Shown: one piece after another, positions 1-10,658 of the stretch | Layout of the letters: the number at the start of each line of letters is the position of its first letter | Position numbering within the stretch: position 1 is the stretch's first letter | DNA from: an uncultured Rivularia sp. | GTDB lineage: Bacteria; Cyanobacteriota; Cyanobacteriia; Cyanobacteriales; Nostocaceae | Assembly (NCBI GenBank): GCA_963665115.1 | Contig: OY762007.1 | Location: 3,168,001-3,232,000 of the forward strand | Reading direction: 5' to 3' | Length of the DNA: 64,000 bases | Notes under the pieces: generated by a model | The model's database searches: none | What the model was told of the DNA's origin: nothing | Seen by the model: the letters and a program-made list of their open reading frames with translations, nothing else | Position numbers and translations under genes: made by a program

Positions 1-450
1 GAATCAATTTATCTAAACGAAAATTGCGAAATATACGAATATATTCATTACAATTATCATAAACATTCTTCTGAAAACTGTATATTCTGCAATCCCCGCC
101 AAAGTCTGACATTACTAACCGAATCGGCAACAGCATATGCAATGCTTGACGGATATCCTTTAAGTAAAGGACATACCTTAATTATTCCCAAGCGTCACGT
201 CAGTAACTACTTTGAGCTACCATTTAAAGAACAATCCGCTTGCTGGTTAATGGCTAATAAAGTGCAAGAAATCATCGGTAAAGAATTTGCACCAGACGGT
301 TTTAATGTGGGGATGAATATTAATCGAGATGCAGGACAAAATGTAATGCACGCGGGAATTCATGTTATTCCTAGATATAAAGGAGATGTTGAAGGGAATA
401 GAGGTGGGATACGAAGAGTGATTCCGAAACCTAGAGGATTATTGCGTTGA
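1..450 (+). CDS. HIT family protein, 5'-truncated by window edge
   Basis: Frame open from base 1; CIFC, GHTLIIPKRH, GFNVGMN and HAGIHVIPR (variant HIT motif). Confidence 0.85.
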   Translation, partial: ESIYLNENCEIYEYIHYNYHKHSSENCIFCNPRQSLTLLTESATAYAMLDGYPLSKGHTLIIPKRHVSNYFELPFKEQSACWLMANKVQEIIGKEFAPDGFNVGMNINRDAGQNVMHAGIHVIPRYKGDVEGNRGGIRRVIPKPRGLLR

Positions 451-476
451 TTAGTAGGGAGGAGAAAAGATTTTTG

Positions 477-1040
477 TCATTCCAATAACCAAGCAAACAA
501 ATCTCCCACTATAAGCTTTAACTCATCAGCAAAACTGGGTACCGGAAGTACATCATCTAGTTCATCAAACACTTTAGTTTCTTGCTTGGGACGAAAAACA
601 AACACGGTTTGCTCAAGTGGATCTATTAACCAACCCATTTGAGTTCCATATTTAAGACAGTGAAGATTATTTTTTGTTACTTTTGTCTGGCTTTGGTCTG
701 GTGATAAAATTTCAATAGTCCAATCTGGTGCAATTAAGAATGCATTTGCAACTTCCCCATTCTCATCGCGGGGAATCCGATTCCAAGTAAAAACGGCAAT
801 ATCGGGTACAGTTGAGCGATCGCCAAAGGTGCAGCGCAACTCAGGAAAAGCACGAGCAATACGTTTAGGCTTTACTACAATATTAATGCTGGGTACGAGT
901 TCACCTTGAATCGTGCTGTGTTTCCCTTGAGGCATCGGTTTAGGGATAATTTTACCATCAATATATTCTTGAGAAGGTTTCGTTTCTGGTAGTTGTAGAA
1001 ACTCTTCTAATGTTATGCTTTTCGATGGTGATTGTACCAT
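477..1040 (-). CDS. Uma2 family endonuclease (DUF820)
   Basis: EYIDG..PMP..HS, VPDIAV, PDWTIEILSP, GWLIDP motifs. Confidence 0.9.
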   Translation of the reverse strand: MVQSPSKSITLEEFLQLPETKPSQEYIDGKIIPKPMPQGKHSTIQGELVPSINIVVKPKRIARAFPELRCTFGDRSTVPDIAVFTWNRIPRDENGEVANAFLIAPDWTIEILSPDQSQTKVTKNNLHCLKYGTQMGWLIDPLEQTVFVFRPKQETKVFDELDDVLPVPSFADELKLIVGDLFAWLLE

Positions 1041-1107
1041 TTTGAGGTTGCTTATAAGACTGTCAAACTAATTTTTAGATTTACTCATAGAGCTTTTCTA
1101 TATACCA

Positions 1108-1623
1108 TTATTCATAATATGGTTTACATAGTTCAGCTTCATACTGTTTTCTATCAAATGTAAACGGACCTAAATCCAGTTGCCAATCGCGATGAAACTG
1201 ACCAAATTCCGACCATATAACAGTTGATTTATTAAGTATGATACGAACCTGCATAAACCAACATTCAGTTACACCACAAGTACAGTCTAAAACAGTTGCT
1301 TTACCAATTTGTGGGTCGTCTGGCTCTAATATAAAGCCGTTTTCCCAAGGTTCATCAAGAAAATTGCGTGAAGGTAGTAATACCATTGAAACTGGTAGAT
1401 ACTTATAGTCTCCTGCGGGAAAACTTATTTCATCAATTTCATCTCCCTTAGCTTGACGTTGTTTAATTTCAGCTTTGACAAATGGTTCTTCTGCTTGACG
1501 TACTAATTCTATTAATGATTCGTTGTTAATATAAATTTCAGCAACACAAAGTGCTTTGCCTTTCGTCCAATAGGTCTTAAAGAATGGGTTTATATTTATC
1601 TTAAAGTTATCTAATTTAGGCAT
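1108..1623 (-). CDS. hypothetical protein
   Basis: 171-aa ORF with CxCGxxxC motif; no family recognised. Confidence 0.65.
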   Translation of the reverse strand: MPKLDNFKININPFFKTYWTKGKALCVAEIYINNESLIELVRQAEEPFVKAEIKQRQAKGDEIDEISFPAGDYKYLPVSMVLLPSRNFLDEPWENGFILEPDDPQIGKATVLDCTCGVTECWFMQVRIILNKSTVIWSEFGQFHRDWQLDLGPFTFDRKQYEAELCKPYYE

Positions 1624-1647
1624 TTATAAAAAAATAAAAAAATTTAT

Positions 1648-1688
1648 AACGCAGAAGAGCGCAAAGTAAAACACAAAGTTACGCGGAG
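1648..1688. repeat. array of four CGCAGAG-like ~10-mers abutting the GxxExxY stop codon
   Basis: AACGCAGAAGAGCGCAAAGTAAAACACAAAGTTACGCGGAG. Confidence 0.65.
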
Positions 1689-2169
1689 TTAGAGTTTATT
1701 TGCTAATCGTTTAATTCCTTCTTTAAGGTGAAGGACGTTAAAGTTGAGAAGAAGACTTAGTTTACATTATTTTCATTTAAGATAAGTTAAAAGTTGTACC
1801 GAGTGAATTGGTTTGAGAGATTCTACTGATTTAACTTCTATAATTACTTTGTTTTCAACAATTAAATCCAATCGATAAGCACAATCTAATTCTACTTCTT
1901 CATAAACAAGAGGTATGGGAATTTGTTTTTCAACACTAAATCCTCTCTTTTTCAACTCGTAATCCAAACATTGCTTATAAGCAGACTCTAACCAACCGTG
2001 TCCTAAACCAGTATACACTCGCATCGCAACCAATTACAGCATATTTCATCTTTGTAAGGTACATTCGGACGGGCAGGGATGCCCATCCCACAAGAGTTTT
2101 GTAATATGAGGCTGTACCTCACTTATTTGCAAAGTGCTGTATAATTCCACTCAAATCATTCTCATACAT
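1689..2169 (-). pseudogene. GxxExxY protein pseudogene
   Basis: MYENDLSGII|IGC..MRVYTGLGHGWLESAY..YRLDLIVENKVIIEVKS..YLK*K*CKLSLLLNFN..GIKRLANKL*; MITE insertion, frameshift near 2026, two in-frame stops. Confidence 0.85.
2035..2141. mobile_element. MITE-like element with TA duplication
   Basis: TACAGCA..AGGTACA / TGTACCT..TGCTGTA ends; removing it restores GIIIGC; related copy at 50745-50856. Confidence 0.8.
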
Positions 2170-2170
2170 A

Positions 2171-2212
2171 CTCTGCGCCCCTCTACGCTTACCCCAGCGT
2201 CCCTTTGCGTTT
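2171..2212. repeat. inverted array of four CTCTGCG-like ~10-mers next to the GxxExxY start codon
   Basis: CTCTGCGCCCCTCTACGCTTACCCCAGCGTCCCTTTGCGTTT, reverse-complement counterpart of 1648-1688. Confidence 0.65.
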
Positions 2213-2371
2213 AAATAACAGAAACTCAATCATAACTTCTGTTTTCTTTCCAACCAAAAAATATAAACGTGTTATTGACACCTAATTATTCATCCAAGTC
2301 AAACAAGATTGATTTGATTACAAATACTAAAATATAAACTAAGCAAGACAATTGATGAGGTAGACTTCAAA

Positions 2372-3079
2372 ATGCTAACCAGTTTAACTACCCATGAAAT
2401 TACCTGGGAAAAACTACCCGATGATTTTGTATTAGATGACGAGCCAGTGGACAATATAAATCAACCTTTGCTTGCTGCGGCTTTAACAGAAAGTTTAGAA
2501 ATAGCCGGGGAATTGTCAGAAAATGCCTTAACTACGACTAATTATGGTATTTGCGCGACGTTAAATAACAAGTTTGTAGTCAAAGCACCAGATTGGGGAT
2601 ACGTACCATCAATAAAAGTTTCGCGAGAGGAAGTAAAGCGGAGTTATACCCCACGACTCCAAGGAGATATTCCAGTAATTGTGATGGAATTCCTATCGGA
2701 TACAGAAGGTGGAGAGTATTCGAGCAAACCAACTTATCCTCCAGGAAAATGGTTTTTTTACGAACAGATTTTACAAGTTCCCAACTACGTAATTTTTGAG
2801 CCTGACAATGGAATTTTAGAAGTCTATCAATTAGATAATTCAGGAAGATATGAACTACAAACAGCGAATGAAAACAATCGTTATTGGATAGCTCAAATGC
2901 AGCTTTCCCTGGGTGTATGGGAAGGTATCCGAGAAAACCGCACGGGTTATTGGTTGCGGTGGTGGAATGAAAATGGCGAATTATTATTGTGGGGTTCGGA
3001 ATTAGCTATTAAGGAGCGTCAGCGTGCCGAAAGATTGGCACAACAGTTAAGGGCTGCGGGAATTGAACCTGAAGAATAA
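2372..3079 (+). CDS. Uma2 family endonuclease
   Basis: APDWGYV, IVMEFLS, KWFFYEQILQVPNYVIF, WLRWW and cyanobacterial ERQRAERLA..GIEP tail. Confidence 0.85.
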   Translation: MLTSLTTHEITWEKLPDDFVLDDEPVDNINQPLLAAALTESLEIAGELSENALTTTNYGICATLNNKFVVKAPDWGYVPSIKVSREEVKRSYTPRLQGDIPVIVMEFLSDTEGGEYSSKPTYPPGKWFFYEQILQVPNYVIFEPDNGILEVYQLDNSGRYELQTANENNRYWIAQMQLSLGVWEGIRENRTGYWLRWWNENGELLLWGSELAIKERQRAERLAQQLRAAGIEPEE

Positions 3080-3357
3080 TGAGTTTAAAAGCTGAACTAA
3101 AAGAATCAGGAAATAAAATGAATAACGCAACAAACCTTGAAGAATTATCAAAGCAACAAGAAAACCTAGAAAAAGCACGAGCAAATGTAATTAAAATTGT
3201 CCAAACAAGGTTTAAACAAGTTCCAGAGGAAGTTATACAGGCAATTAACGCAATAAATGACGAATCAGTATTGAAAAAACTTTTTACAAATTCGATTATC
3301 GTTGCCGATTTTGAAGATTTTAAAAAAGTTGTGAAAGGTATTGTATCTAAAAAGTAG
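3079..3357 (+). CDS. small hypothetical protein resembling the C-terminal module of Rpn/DUF4351-like proteins
   Basis: RFKQVPEEVIQAINAINDESVLKKLF; start overlaps the Uma2 stop codon. Confidence 0.55.
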   Translation: MSLKAELKESGNKMNNATNLEELSKQQENLEKARANVIKIVQTRFKQVPEEVIQAINAINDESVLKKLFTNSIIVADFEDFKKVVKGIVSKK

Positions 3358-3986
3358 TTCAGAACGTTATTCAATTTTTTAAAATCCGTTACACCAATTA
3401 GCTCATCTGTTAGAAAAGTATTGCTGCATTTGATGTTGAGCGACACAAATATCAAATGCAGCAAGAAATATATCAAAAGACATATTTTTGCTCAAAACTT
3501 CTCTAAAGTCTTTATCAAATTCATATTTGGTCAATAATTAAAATATCTATGGGTAATGTCGCCCTTCGGGGCGATACTAACGTAACCTAAAGATTAATAG
3601 CAATTAATACTTGTCTGTTTAAAAGAAGAGACAGCGACTTTCTGCTGGATAGTACAAGCTTCCATAACTTAATTTCCAAACTTGTATAGATGCAAATTTT
3701 GTTCGTTATGCTACTATTTTTCAGTTTATTGTTACAAATATACAATTGAAAAATTGAATATTAGAGTGATTTTTCTCACTGCAATATTTTTTATATTACT
3801 TATACTAATTTCACCTCAATCAAGTATTTTTTTATCAATAGGAGTATTTTATAGTCTAAAAGTCACAATCATTTAATTTTTATTCAAGCTGTCGCAAGCA
3901 GATATTGAAAATAGCAAACTTCCGATTAACCAAAATTTAACTGTTTTAATCAAAATAAAATCTTATATTAACCTTTGTACTAAACT

Positions 3987-5088
3987 ATGAATTCTTCCAA
4001 TTCTACATCTGACAAAATTCTGGTTGTTGATGATTCTCCCGATAATGTGTTTTTAATCAAAACTATTTTGGAGGAAGAAGGTTATGAAATTAGTACGGCA
4101 GAAAATGGTTCTTCGGCATTAAAAAGAATTGAAGAATCAACGTTTGATTTAATATTGTTAGATTTAATGATGCCGGGAATGGATGGTTATGAGGTAACTA
4201 AGCATATCCGAGGAAATGCTGAACTATCTTTTATTCCAATTTTGTTAATTACCGCTCACGATTCGCCAAATGTTGCTCACGGATTAGATTTAGGTGCTGA
4301 TGATTTCATCCGTAAACCAGTGACGGTAGATGAATTGCTTGCACGAGTACGTTCGCTTTTAAGGCTTAAACACAGTATTGATGAACGAGATGAAATTGCT
4401 CGTCAGCGGGAAGATTTTGTTTCCCGTTTAACCCATGACTTACGCACTCCTTTGGTAGCAGAGGAGCGAATGATGATACTGTTTCTCGAAGGTGCTTTGG
4501 GGGAAACTCTCTCCATCGATGAATGAAGCACTTACCATCATGGCTCGCTCTAACAGTAATTTGCTAGCAATGGTAAATACTCTATTAGAAGTTTATCGTT
4601 TTGAAGCTGGGCGCAAAACCCTGGCATTTCTACCAGTGGATATAAGCCAGTTAATTAAGGAAGTAGTAAGTGAATTAACTCCCTTAGCAGAACAAAAAAA
4701 CCTGGTAATCAAAGCGGATGTACAACAAGCAGAAAACGCAACTAAAGTAATTGGCGATCGCCTTGAGTTGCATCGCTTATTTACCAATTTAGTGGGAAAT
4801 GCCATCAAATTTACCGATAATGGCTCAATTACTACGTGTTTAGAAGTTAAAACGGGCGATTGCGACGCTATAACTATCAAAATTGTTGATACCGGACAAG
4901 GTATTTCCTCCGAGCAACAAGCCAATTTATTTGAAAGATTTCGTCCCGGAAGTCACAAACGTTCCGGTAGCGGTTTAGGATTGTACCTTTCTCGGCGTAT
5001 TGTGGAAGCTCATCAAGGTACTATTGAAGTTAATTCCGAACTTGGCAAAGGTAGTGTTTTTACCGTTACCCTGCCAATGAAACAATAA
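3987..5088 (+). CDS. hybrid response regulator/histidine kinase (apparent +1 frameshift at 4499-4503)
   Basis: REC (VVDD, LLDLMMP, KP), THDLRTPL H-box, NLVGNAIKF, DTGQGI, GSGLGL across two ORFs. Confidence 0.9.
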
Positions 5089-5181
5089 TTCAATTTTGGA
5101 TTTAGCGGAAACTTAGGGGTGTAAATTTTCTTAGCTGTTCCCTGTTCACCGCTCCTTATTCCCTACTCACTAAACTGTAAT

Positions 5182-6555
5182 ATGTTTGCTGAAACAATCC
5201 ACAAGCAACGTGATTTTTTTCAAACAGGTAAAACTAAAGAAATTGATTTTCGTATTCAGCAGTTAAAAACGCTTAAGCAAGCGATTATTGATAATGAAGC
5301 AGCAATTTTTAATGCGTTAAACGCCGATTTACGCAAGCCGTTAGAAGAAAGTTTTACCGGAGAAATAGTCTTAGTTGTTAAAGAAATTGAATATGCTATA
5401 AAAAATATAAAAAACTGGAGTCAGCCCAAAAAAGCACAAATTCCTTGGCAATTTTTTCCTGCTTCAGCAAAAATTTATCCAGAACCTTTAGGTGTAGTTT
5501 TAATTATTGGCGCTTGGAATTATCCGTTTCAATTAGTTATCGCGCCTTTAATCGGTGCTATCGCGGCCGGGAATTGTGCTATTGTCAAAGCTTCAGAAAT
5601 TACTTTTCATACTTCTAATCTTATTGTTAAAATTTTTGAAAAGTATTTTGATAAATCATATTTAACTGCGATAGAGGGAGGAGCAGAAACTTCTGGGCAG
5701 TTATTAGCAGCAAAGTTTGATCGTATCTTTTTTACTGGCAGTAATGCTGTCGGTAAAATTGTGATGGAAGCCGCAGCAAAACATCTCACACCCGTCACAT
5801 TGGAACTTGGTGGTAAATCTCCTTGCATTGTAGATAACGACATTAATATTAAAGTTGCCGCCAGACGCATAACCTGGGGAAAATTCTTCAATGCCGGACA
5901 AACTTGTCTTGCACCAGATTATCTTTTAGTCGATAAAAAAATCAAAGATAATTTATTAGATGAAATCAAAAGATGTATTCAAGAATTTTACGGTGAAAAT
6001 CCCGCTAAAACTCCCGATTATGCCAGAATAATCAATCAAAAGCAATTTGATAGATTGGTGAATTACTTAAAAGATTTAAAAGACGGAAAAATAATTATTG
6101 GTGGCGAAACAGTTTCCGACGAACTTTATATTGCTCCTACTGTCATCGATAGCGTTTCCTGGGAAGATGAAGTAATGCAAGAGGAAATTTTCGGCCCGAT
6201 TCTACCAATAATTGAATTTACCGAATATAAAGAAGCAATTAATATAATTAACTCTCAACCAAAACCCTTAGCCTTATATCTATTTTCTCAAAATAAAAAT
6301 CTGCAAAAACAAATTTTACAGGAAACTTCTTTTGGCGGAGGTTGTATTAACCACACACTAATTCATTACACTACTCCATCTTTACCATTTGGCGGTGTAG
6401 GAAATAGCGGAATCGGTAGTTATCACGGAAAAGCAGGATTTGACACCTTTTCTCACTACAAAAGCGTAGTAACAAAGCCTTTTCTCCTAGACGTAAAATT
6501 ACTTTATCCACCCTACAAGAATAAATTGTCGTTGCTTCGGCGAATTTTTGGATGA
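5182..6555 (+). CDS. aldehyde dehydrogenase (ALDH3-like)
   Basis: AWNYP, FTGS, LELGGKSP, NAGQTC, EEIFGP, PFGGVG. Confidence 0.95.
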   Translation: MFAETIHKQRDFFQTGKTKEIDFRIQQLKTLKQAIIDNEAAIFNALNADLRKPLEESFTGEIVLVVKEIEYAIKNIKNWSQPKKAQIPWQFFPASAKIYPEPLGVVLIIGAWNYPFQLVIAPLIGAIAAGNCAIVKASEITFHTSNLIVKIFEKYFDKSYLTAIEGGAETSGQLLAAKFDRIFFTGSNAVGKIVMEAAAKHLTPVTLELGGKSPCIVDNDINIKVAARRITWGKFFNAGQTCLAPDYLLVDKKIKDNLLDEIKRCIQEFYGENPAKTPDYARIINQKQFDRLVNYLKDLKDGKIIIGGETVSDELYIAPTVIDSVSWEDEVMQEEIFGPILPIIEFTEYKEAINIINSQPKPLALYLFSQNKNLQKQILQETSFGGGCINHTLIHYTTPSLPFGGVGNSGIGSYHGKAGFDTFSHYKSVVTKPFLLDVKLLYPPYKNKLSLLRRIFG

Positions 6556-6560
6556 ATATC

Positions 6561-6601
6561 GGGGATTGGGAATTGGGAATTGGGCATTGGGCATTGGGCA
6601 T
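6561..6601. repeat. STRR heptamer tandem repeat
   Basis: (GGGAATT/GGGCATT)n. Confidence 0.85.
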
Positions 6602-6660
6602 CAGGTATAGAAAATTAAAATTAGTAACTCCTACCTTTGACCTTTAACCTTTGACCTGTC

Positions 6661-7257
6661 TCAAAACCCGCTATACCGTTCTTCTTTAAATGGTTCGCCG
6701 CGACGGTGATAACCGTTACGTTCCCAAAAACCTAATTCTTCACGATTTAAAAATTCTAAGCCATTTATCCATTTAGCACTTTTCCAAGCGTAAAGATGAG
6801 GAACCACCGAGCGCATGGGACCACCGTGTTCGGCGCTTAAAGGCTCGTCAAATAGTTTAAAAGCAAAAAAGTTTTCTTCTCGTACAAAGTCTTCTATTGC
6901 AATATTAGTAGTGTAACCGCCGTAGCAATGTTCCATGAGATGAGTTGCTTTTTTGTCTACTTCAATAACTTTCATAAAGTCAGTAACTTTAATTCCAGTC
7001 CATTTGACATCGAGTTTAGACCACCGGGTTACACAATGGAAGTCGGCTGTAAACTCGTTATGGGGTAGTTCCATAAATTCCAACCAACTCCATTTTTTCG
7101 ATTTGACCAAACCCCATACGCTAAATTCCCATTCTTCAGTACTAACTTGGGGAGTCGCACCATAGGTAAGTACCGGAAAACCTTTAGCTAAATGCTGTCC
7201 AGGAGGAACGCGATCGCTATCTTCAGAAGTCGGTTTATGAAAAAACTTTCCCAGCAT
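6661..7257 (-). CDS. sulfite oxidase-like molybdopterin oxidoreductase
   Basis: PPGQ, DFHCVTRWS, EHGGP, YAWKSAKW, GFWERNGYH. Confidence 0.9.
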   Translation of the reverse strand: MLGKFFHKPTSEDSDRVPPGQHLAKGFPVLTYGATPQVSTEEWEFSVWGLVKSKKWSWLEFMELPHNEFTADFHCVTRWSKLDVKWTGIKVTDFMKVIEVDKKATHLMEHCYGGYTTNIAIEDFVREENFFAFKLFDEPLSAEHGGPMRSVVPHLYAWKSAKWINGLEFLNREELGFWERNGYHRRGEPFKEERYSGF

Positions 7258-7553
7258 GGCTTGGTGAAATAATTTTTTAGTAGATAATATATTTTTCCCC
7301 GAAATTATTGCATCATTAGCAATTTATAATTTCTTCTCTTCTTACTGCCTACTCCCTACTCTCTACTCACTCTTTTCAAGTATTTATTTAGCTCGTGGAG
7401 TTATGGAAAAATCATATTTTTTTAACCCAACAGGATTTTAGATTCTGGTTTCAAACAAGACGGTTTCTGTCTTATGGAACTTTTAAATAATCGTTGACCT
7501 AAAATCCTGTGGGAAATTAACAAATAACTAAACAATTAGGAACGATCCGCCAA

Positions 7554-7730
7554 TTACTCTTCGTCTTCTTCTTCCTCTTCTCCAGATGGATAAACAAATG
7601 TAGAGCGTCCAGTCAAAATTGATTTACCAAGCGAAAGAGCTTTCTGTGCTTCAACACTAGCTTTGTGTCTCCAGGTTGCTCGACGCTTATCCCGCTTAGA
7701 TTTCGATGTTTTCTTCTTTGGAACAGCCAT
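7554..7730 (-). CDS. rpmF: 50S ribosomal protein L32
   Basis: [20 protein letters not shown]. Confidence 0.95.
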   Translation of the reverse strand: MAVPKKKTSKSKRDKRRATWRHKASVEAQKALSLGKSILTGRSTFVYPSGEEEEEDEE

Positions 7731-7932
7731 AAAATCAGATACCGTAATTTTTGACAACCTTTTTATTCTAAGGCATGAATTGCTTAATAGCTGCCCTTTT
7801 TCAAGGTGTTCGAGAGATTAAAATAAGAACAAATAATATAGCACTTCTTACCGATTCGTGAAACTCGGAGTGCGAGGATCTTGCTCGCTTACAGGCTTTG
7901 TGAAAGATACTCGCACTAATTGTTCGCTTTAA

Positions 7933-8550
7933 CTACTCTACTTCAACTTCAACCTCTGGTGTCGGTATTGGAACTGCTTCAGGTGGTGGCGGAGAAGTTT
8001 GTTCAATTTCAACTTCAACTTCTGGTGTCGGTATTGGAACTGCTTCAGATGGTGGGGGAGAAGCTTCTTCAACAGCATTGCTTTCTCCACTCGACGCGGA
8101 ATTATTCGCACTTGTCCCAAAAAATAGCAGCGTTCGAGCCATTCTAAAATACTTTGCCCAACGTTGCGTATCTGGACGATTGCGCCATTGAGTACGACTG
8201 ACATTTAATTCCAAAACAGGCGCGATCGCACCATAATTTTGTGCGGAAATAACTACCGATACGTCTGTAACTAAAATATCTTTATCGAAACTACGTTGAG
8301 CGGCTGCTCTTGCTACTGCTTCTGCTCTCCGTAGCAAGCTTTGGTAATTGTCTCCTGGTAAACGAGTAATTTCTAGGTCAGCTCTCGAAGTATAAGCTCG
8401 CACGATTTGAGGCGCGATTGTTTCCGATACTAACCACATTGGTGCTGCCATACTTAGCAAAAGTACGGCCGTCTTTATCCGGATTTTCTTTGTGATTGAT
8501 GGCATAAGTGGAATGAATGTTCTTATTTTTAACAAGTTCTTACCGACCAT
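7933..8550 (-). CDS. conserved cyanobacterial hypothetical protein with duplicated Pro/Glu-rich 20-aa C-terminal repeat
   Basis: LLRRAEAVARAAAQRSFD, APVLELNVSR..W; SPPPxEAVPIPTPEVEVE twice. Confidence 0.75.
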   Translation of the reverse strand: MVGKNLLKIRTFIPLMPSITKKIRIKTAVLLLSMAAPMWLVSETIAPQIVRAYTSRADLEITRLPGDNYQSLLRRAEAVARAAAQRSFDKDILVTDVSVVISAQNYGAIAPVLELNVSRTQWRNRPDTQRWAKYFRMARTLLFFGTSANNSASSGESNAVEEASPPPSEAVPIPTPEVEVEIEQTSPPPPEAVPIPTPEVEVEVE

Positions 8551-8811
8551 TATTTATAAACTCCTCCGAAGGGCGATAAATAAATGCACTATTAATCAAG
8601 AATAAAAGTGCTTTCGTTAGTTTCAGTAATAATAATGACTTACCATCTTCAAGTCTGATGATAATCACTTAGACTTACTAACATAGATTAACTTTGTTTT
8701 TTGGGCAAAGCAAATTACATTAATTACGCTTGCGGTACTTAGATGCTAAGAATTGGCAATCTACGATTACCGTGAGTATATATATCTAGTTTCTTACAAT
8801 TAAAAGGGCGC

Positions 8812-10630
8812 ATGGCAAAACTATGGGCGATCGCTATTGGCATCAATCAGTATCAGTATTTTCAACCTTTGGGTTATGCTCAAACTGATGCTGAGGCTTT
8901 AAGAGATTTTTTAGTTAAGCAAGCAGGTTTTCCGGAGGAGCAGTGTCTGCTGATGACCGATTCTTCGGTACCTATGGGAGATAAATCGACTTTACCCACG
9001 AAGAATAATATTCTTCAGTTACTTGAAGATTTAGCTGCGAATTCCTGGCAACCGCAAGATAAATTATGGTTGTTCTTTAGCGGTTATGGCATCACCTATG
9101 AAGGGCAAGATTACTTGATGCCCGTTGAAGGAGACTCGGAACGGGTTAAAGAAACTGCTATCGAAATACGCCAGCTGATGCAAACTCTACAGGTGGCTGG
9201 GCTGGAAGTTTTGCTATTACTGGATTTTAACCGTGCTTTTGGTACCAAGGCAGATTCTTCTATCGGGCAAGAAACTATTGAATTAGCTCAAGAGTTGCAA
9301 ATCTCTACCATACTTTCCTGTCAACCAGAGCAGTTTTCTCATGAAAGTAGCGAGTTAGGGCACGGTTTTTTTACAGCTACATTACTGGAAGCTTTGCGTT
9401 ATGGTAACACCAATAATTTGGCAGGTTTGGAAAGTTATTTAAGCGTTCGTACTCCCGAACTATGTCAGCATCATTGGCGACCAACTCAAAATCCTATTGC
9501 TTTTATTGCATCGCCGCAACAAAGCTTGTTTGAACAATTTGAAAACTTTGAACAAGAATTTGAATTAGAAAAAGTAAAAAGCGATACTGAAGAACCACTG
9601 AGCATCTTAAGTTCGAGAGAAACTTTCACGGCACGAGAGGCACCAAAGCTTGAAGAGCAACCAGTAGATAATGATGATAATTCTTCACAAATCGCACAAG
9701 TAGTTACAAAAACTCCTATTCCTGTTACTTCCCCACTTGTAGAAAAACCTGCAAAAATTTCTTCTGTTTCTGACACTCCGACTCCTACAGCCAAAACTGA
9801 AAATACCGAAGAGAAAACCGAAAAAAATACTGAAGATACATCTAATAAATTGTTGCTGTTTGGATGTGTGGGAAGTTTAATTGTTGGTGGATTATTCTTA
9901 GTGGCTTTCCTTTACCAGCAATCTCGCTCTCAAATCAAACTAACCGTTGTTAAACCTTTACCTAGTAATTATGAAAGGGTAGAAAAACAGCAACCAACGA
10001 AACCTCAAACTAATAATTCCAATTCGCAACAAACGAATCAAGCAATGGTGGAATTAGAAAAATTATCTCTTAATGCCAATCAAGCTAGCGACTTAAGTAA
10101 GGCGATCGCCACTGCTAAAAATATTCAACGAGATGAAGCGAATTATAAACAAGCTAGACAAAATATTCAGGTGTGGAGCGGTATGATTTTGGATTTAGCA
10201 AAGAATCGTGCTGAAAATAGAGAATATTCTAGCGCAATAACTACGGCTGAATTAATCGGTAAAGAAGAGTCAAATTTCCGAGAAGCCCAAGAAGCTATCA
10301 AACAATGGCAGCTTGAATCGAAACAATATTTAAGCAATAAAACTCTTTTAGAAGCAGCCCAAGCTTTAATTAAACCGAATCAAGCTTCTTCTTATAATCG
10401 TGCGATCGAAGTTGCGAAAAAAGTACCAGCATCTGAACTTGGCTACGATGTGGCCCCAAGAATCTATAGATCAATGGAGTCTAGAAATCTTACAGCTTGC
10501 TAAAAATCGTGCCAATAACAGGCAGTATTCTTCGGCAATTGCAACCGCCACTTTGGCTCCAGAAGATACAGCTGCTTATGCCGAAGCTCAGAAATTAATC
10601 AAACAGTGGCAACAAGTACAGAGCAACTAA
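8812..10630 (+). CDS. caspase-family (peptidase C14) domain membrane protein with degenerate dyad (apparent +1 frameshift at 10454-10457)
   Basis: WAIAIGINQY, DAEAL, FSGYG, HGFFT; TM helix; repeated helical C-terminal units continue in second ORF. Confidence 0.85.
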
Positions 10631-10658
10631 TTCTCAACTCCATACTTCACTCTTTGAT

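Noticed and set aside
3009..3876. ORFs 3009-3476(-) and 3682-3876(+)
   Set aside because: Antisense shadow and AT-rich low-complexity frames with no recognisable motifs.
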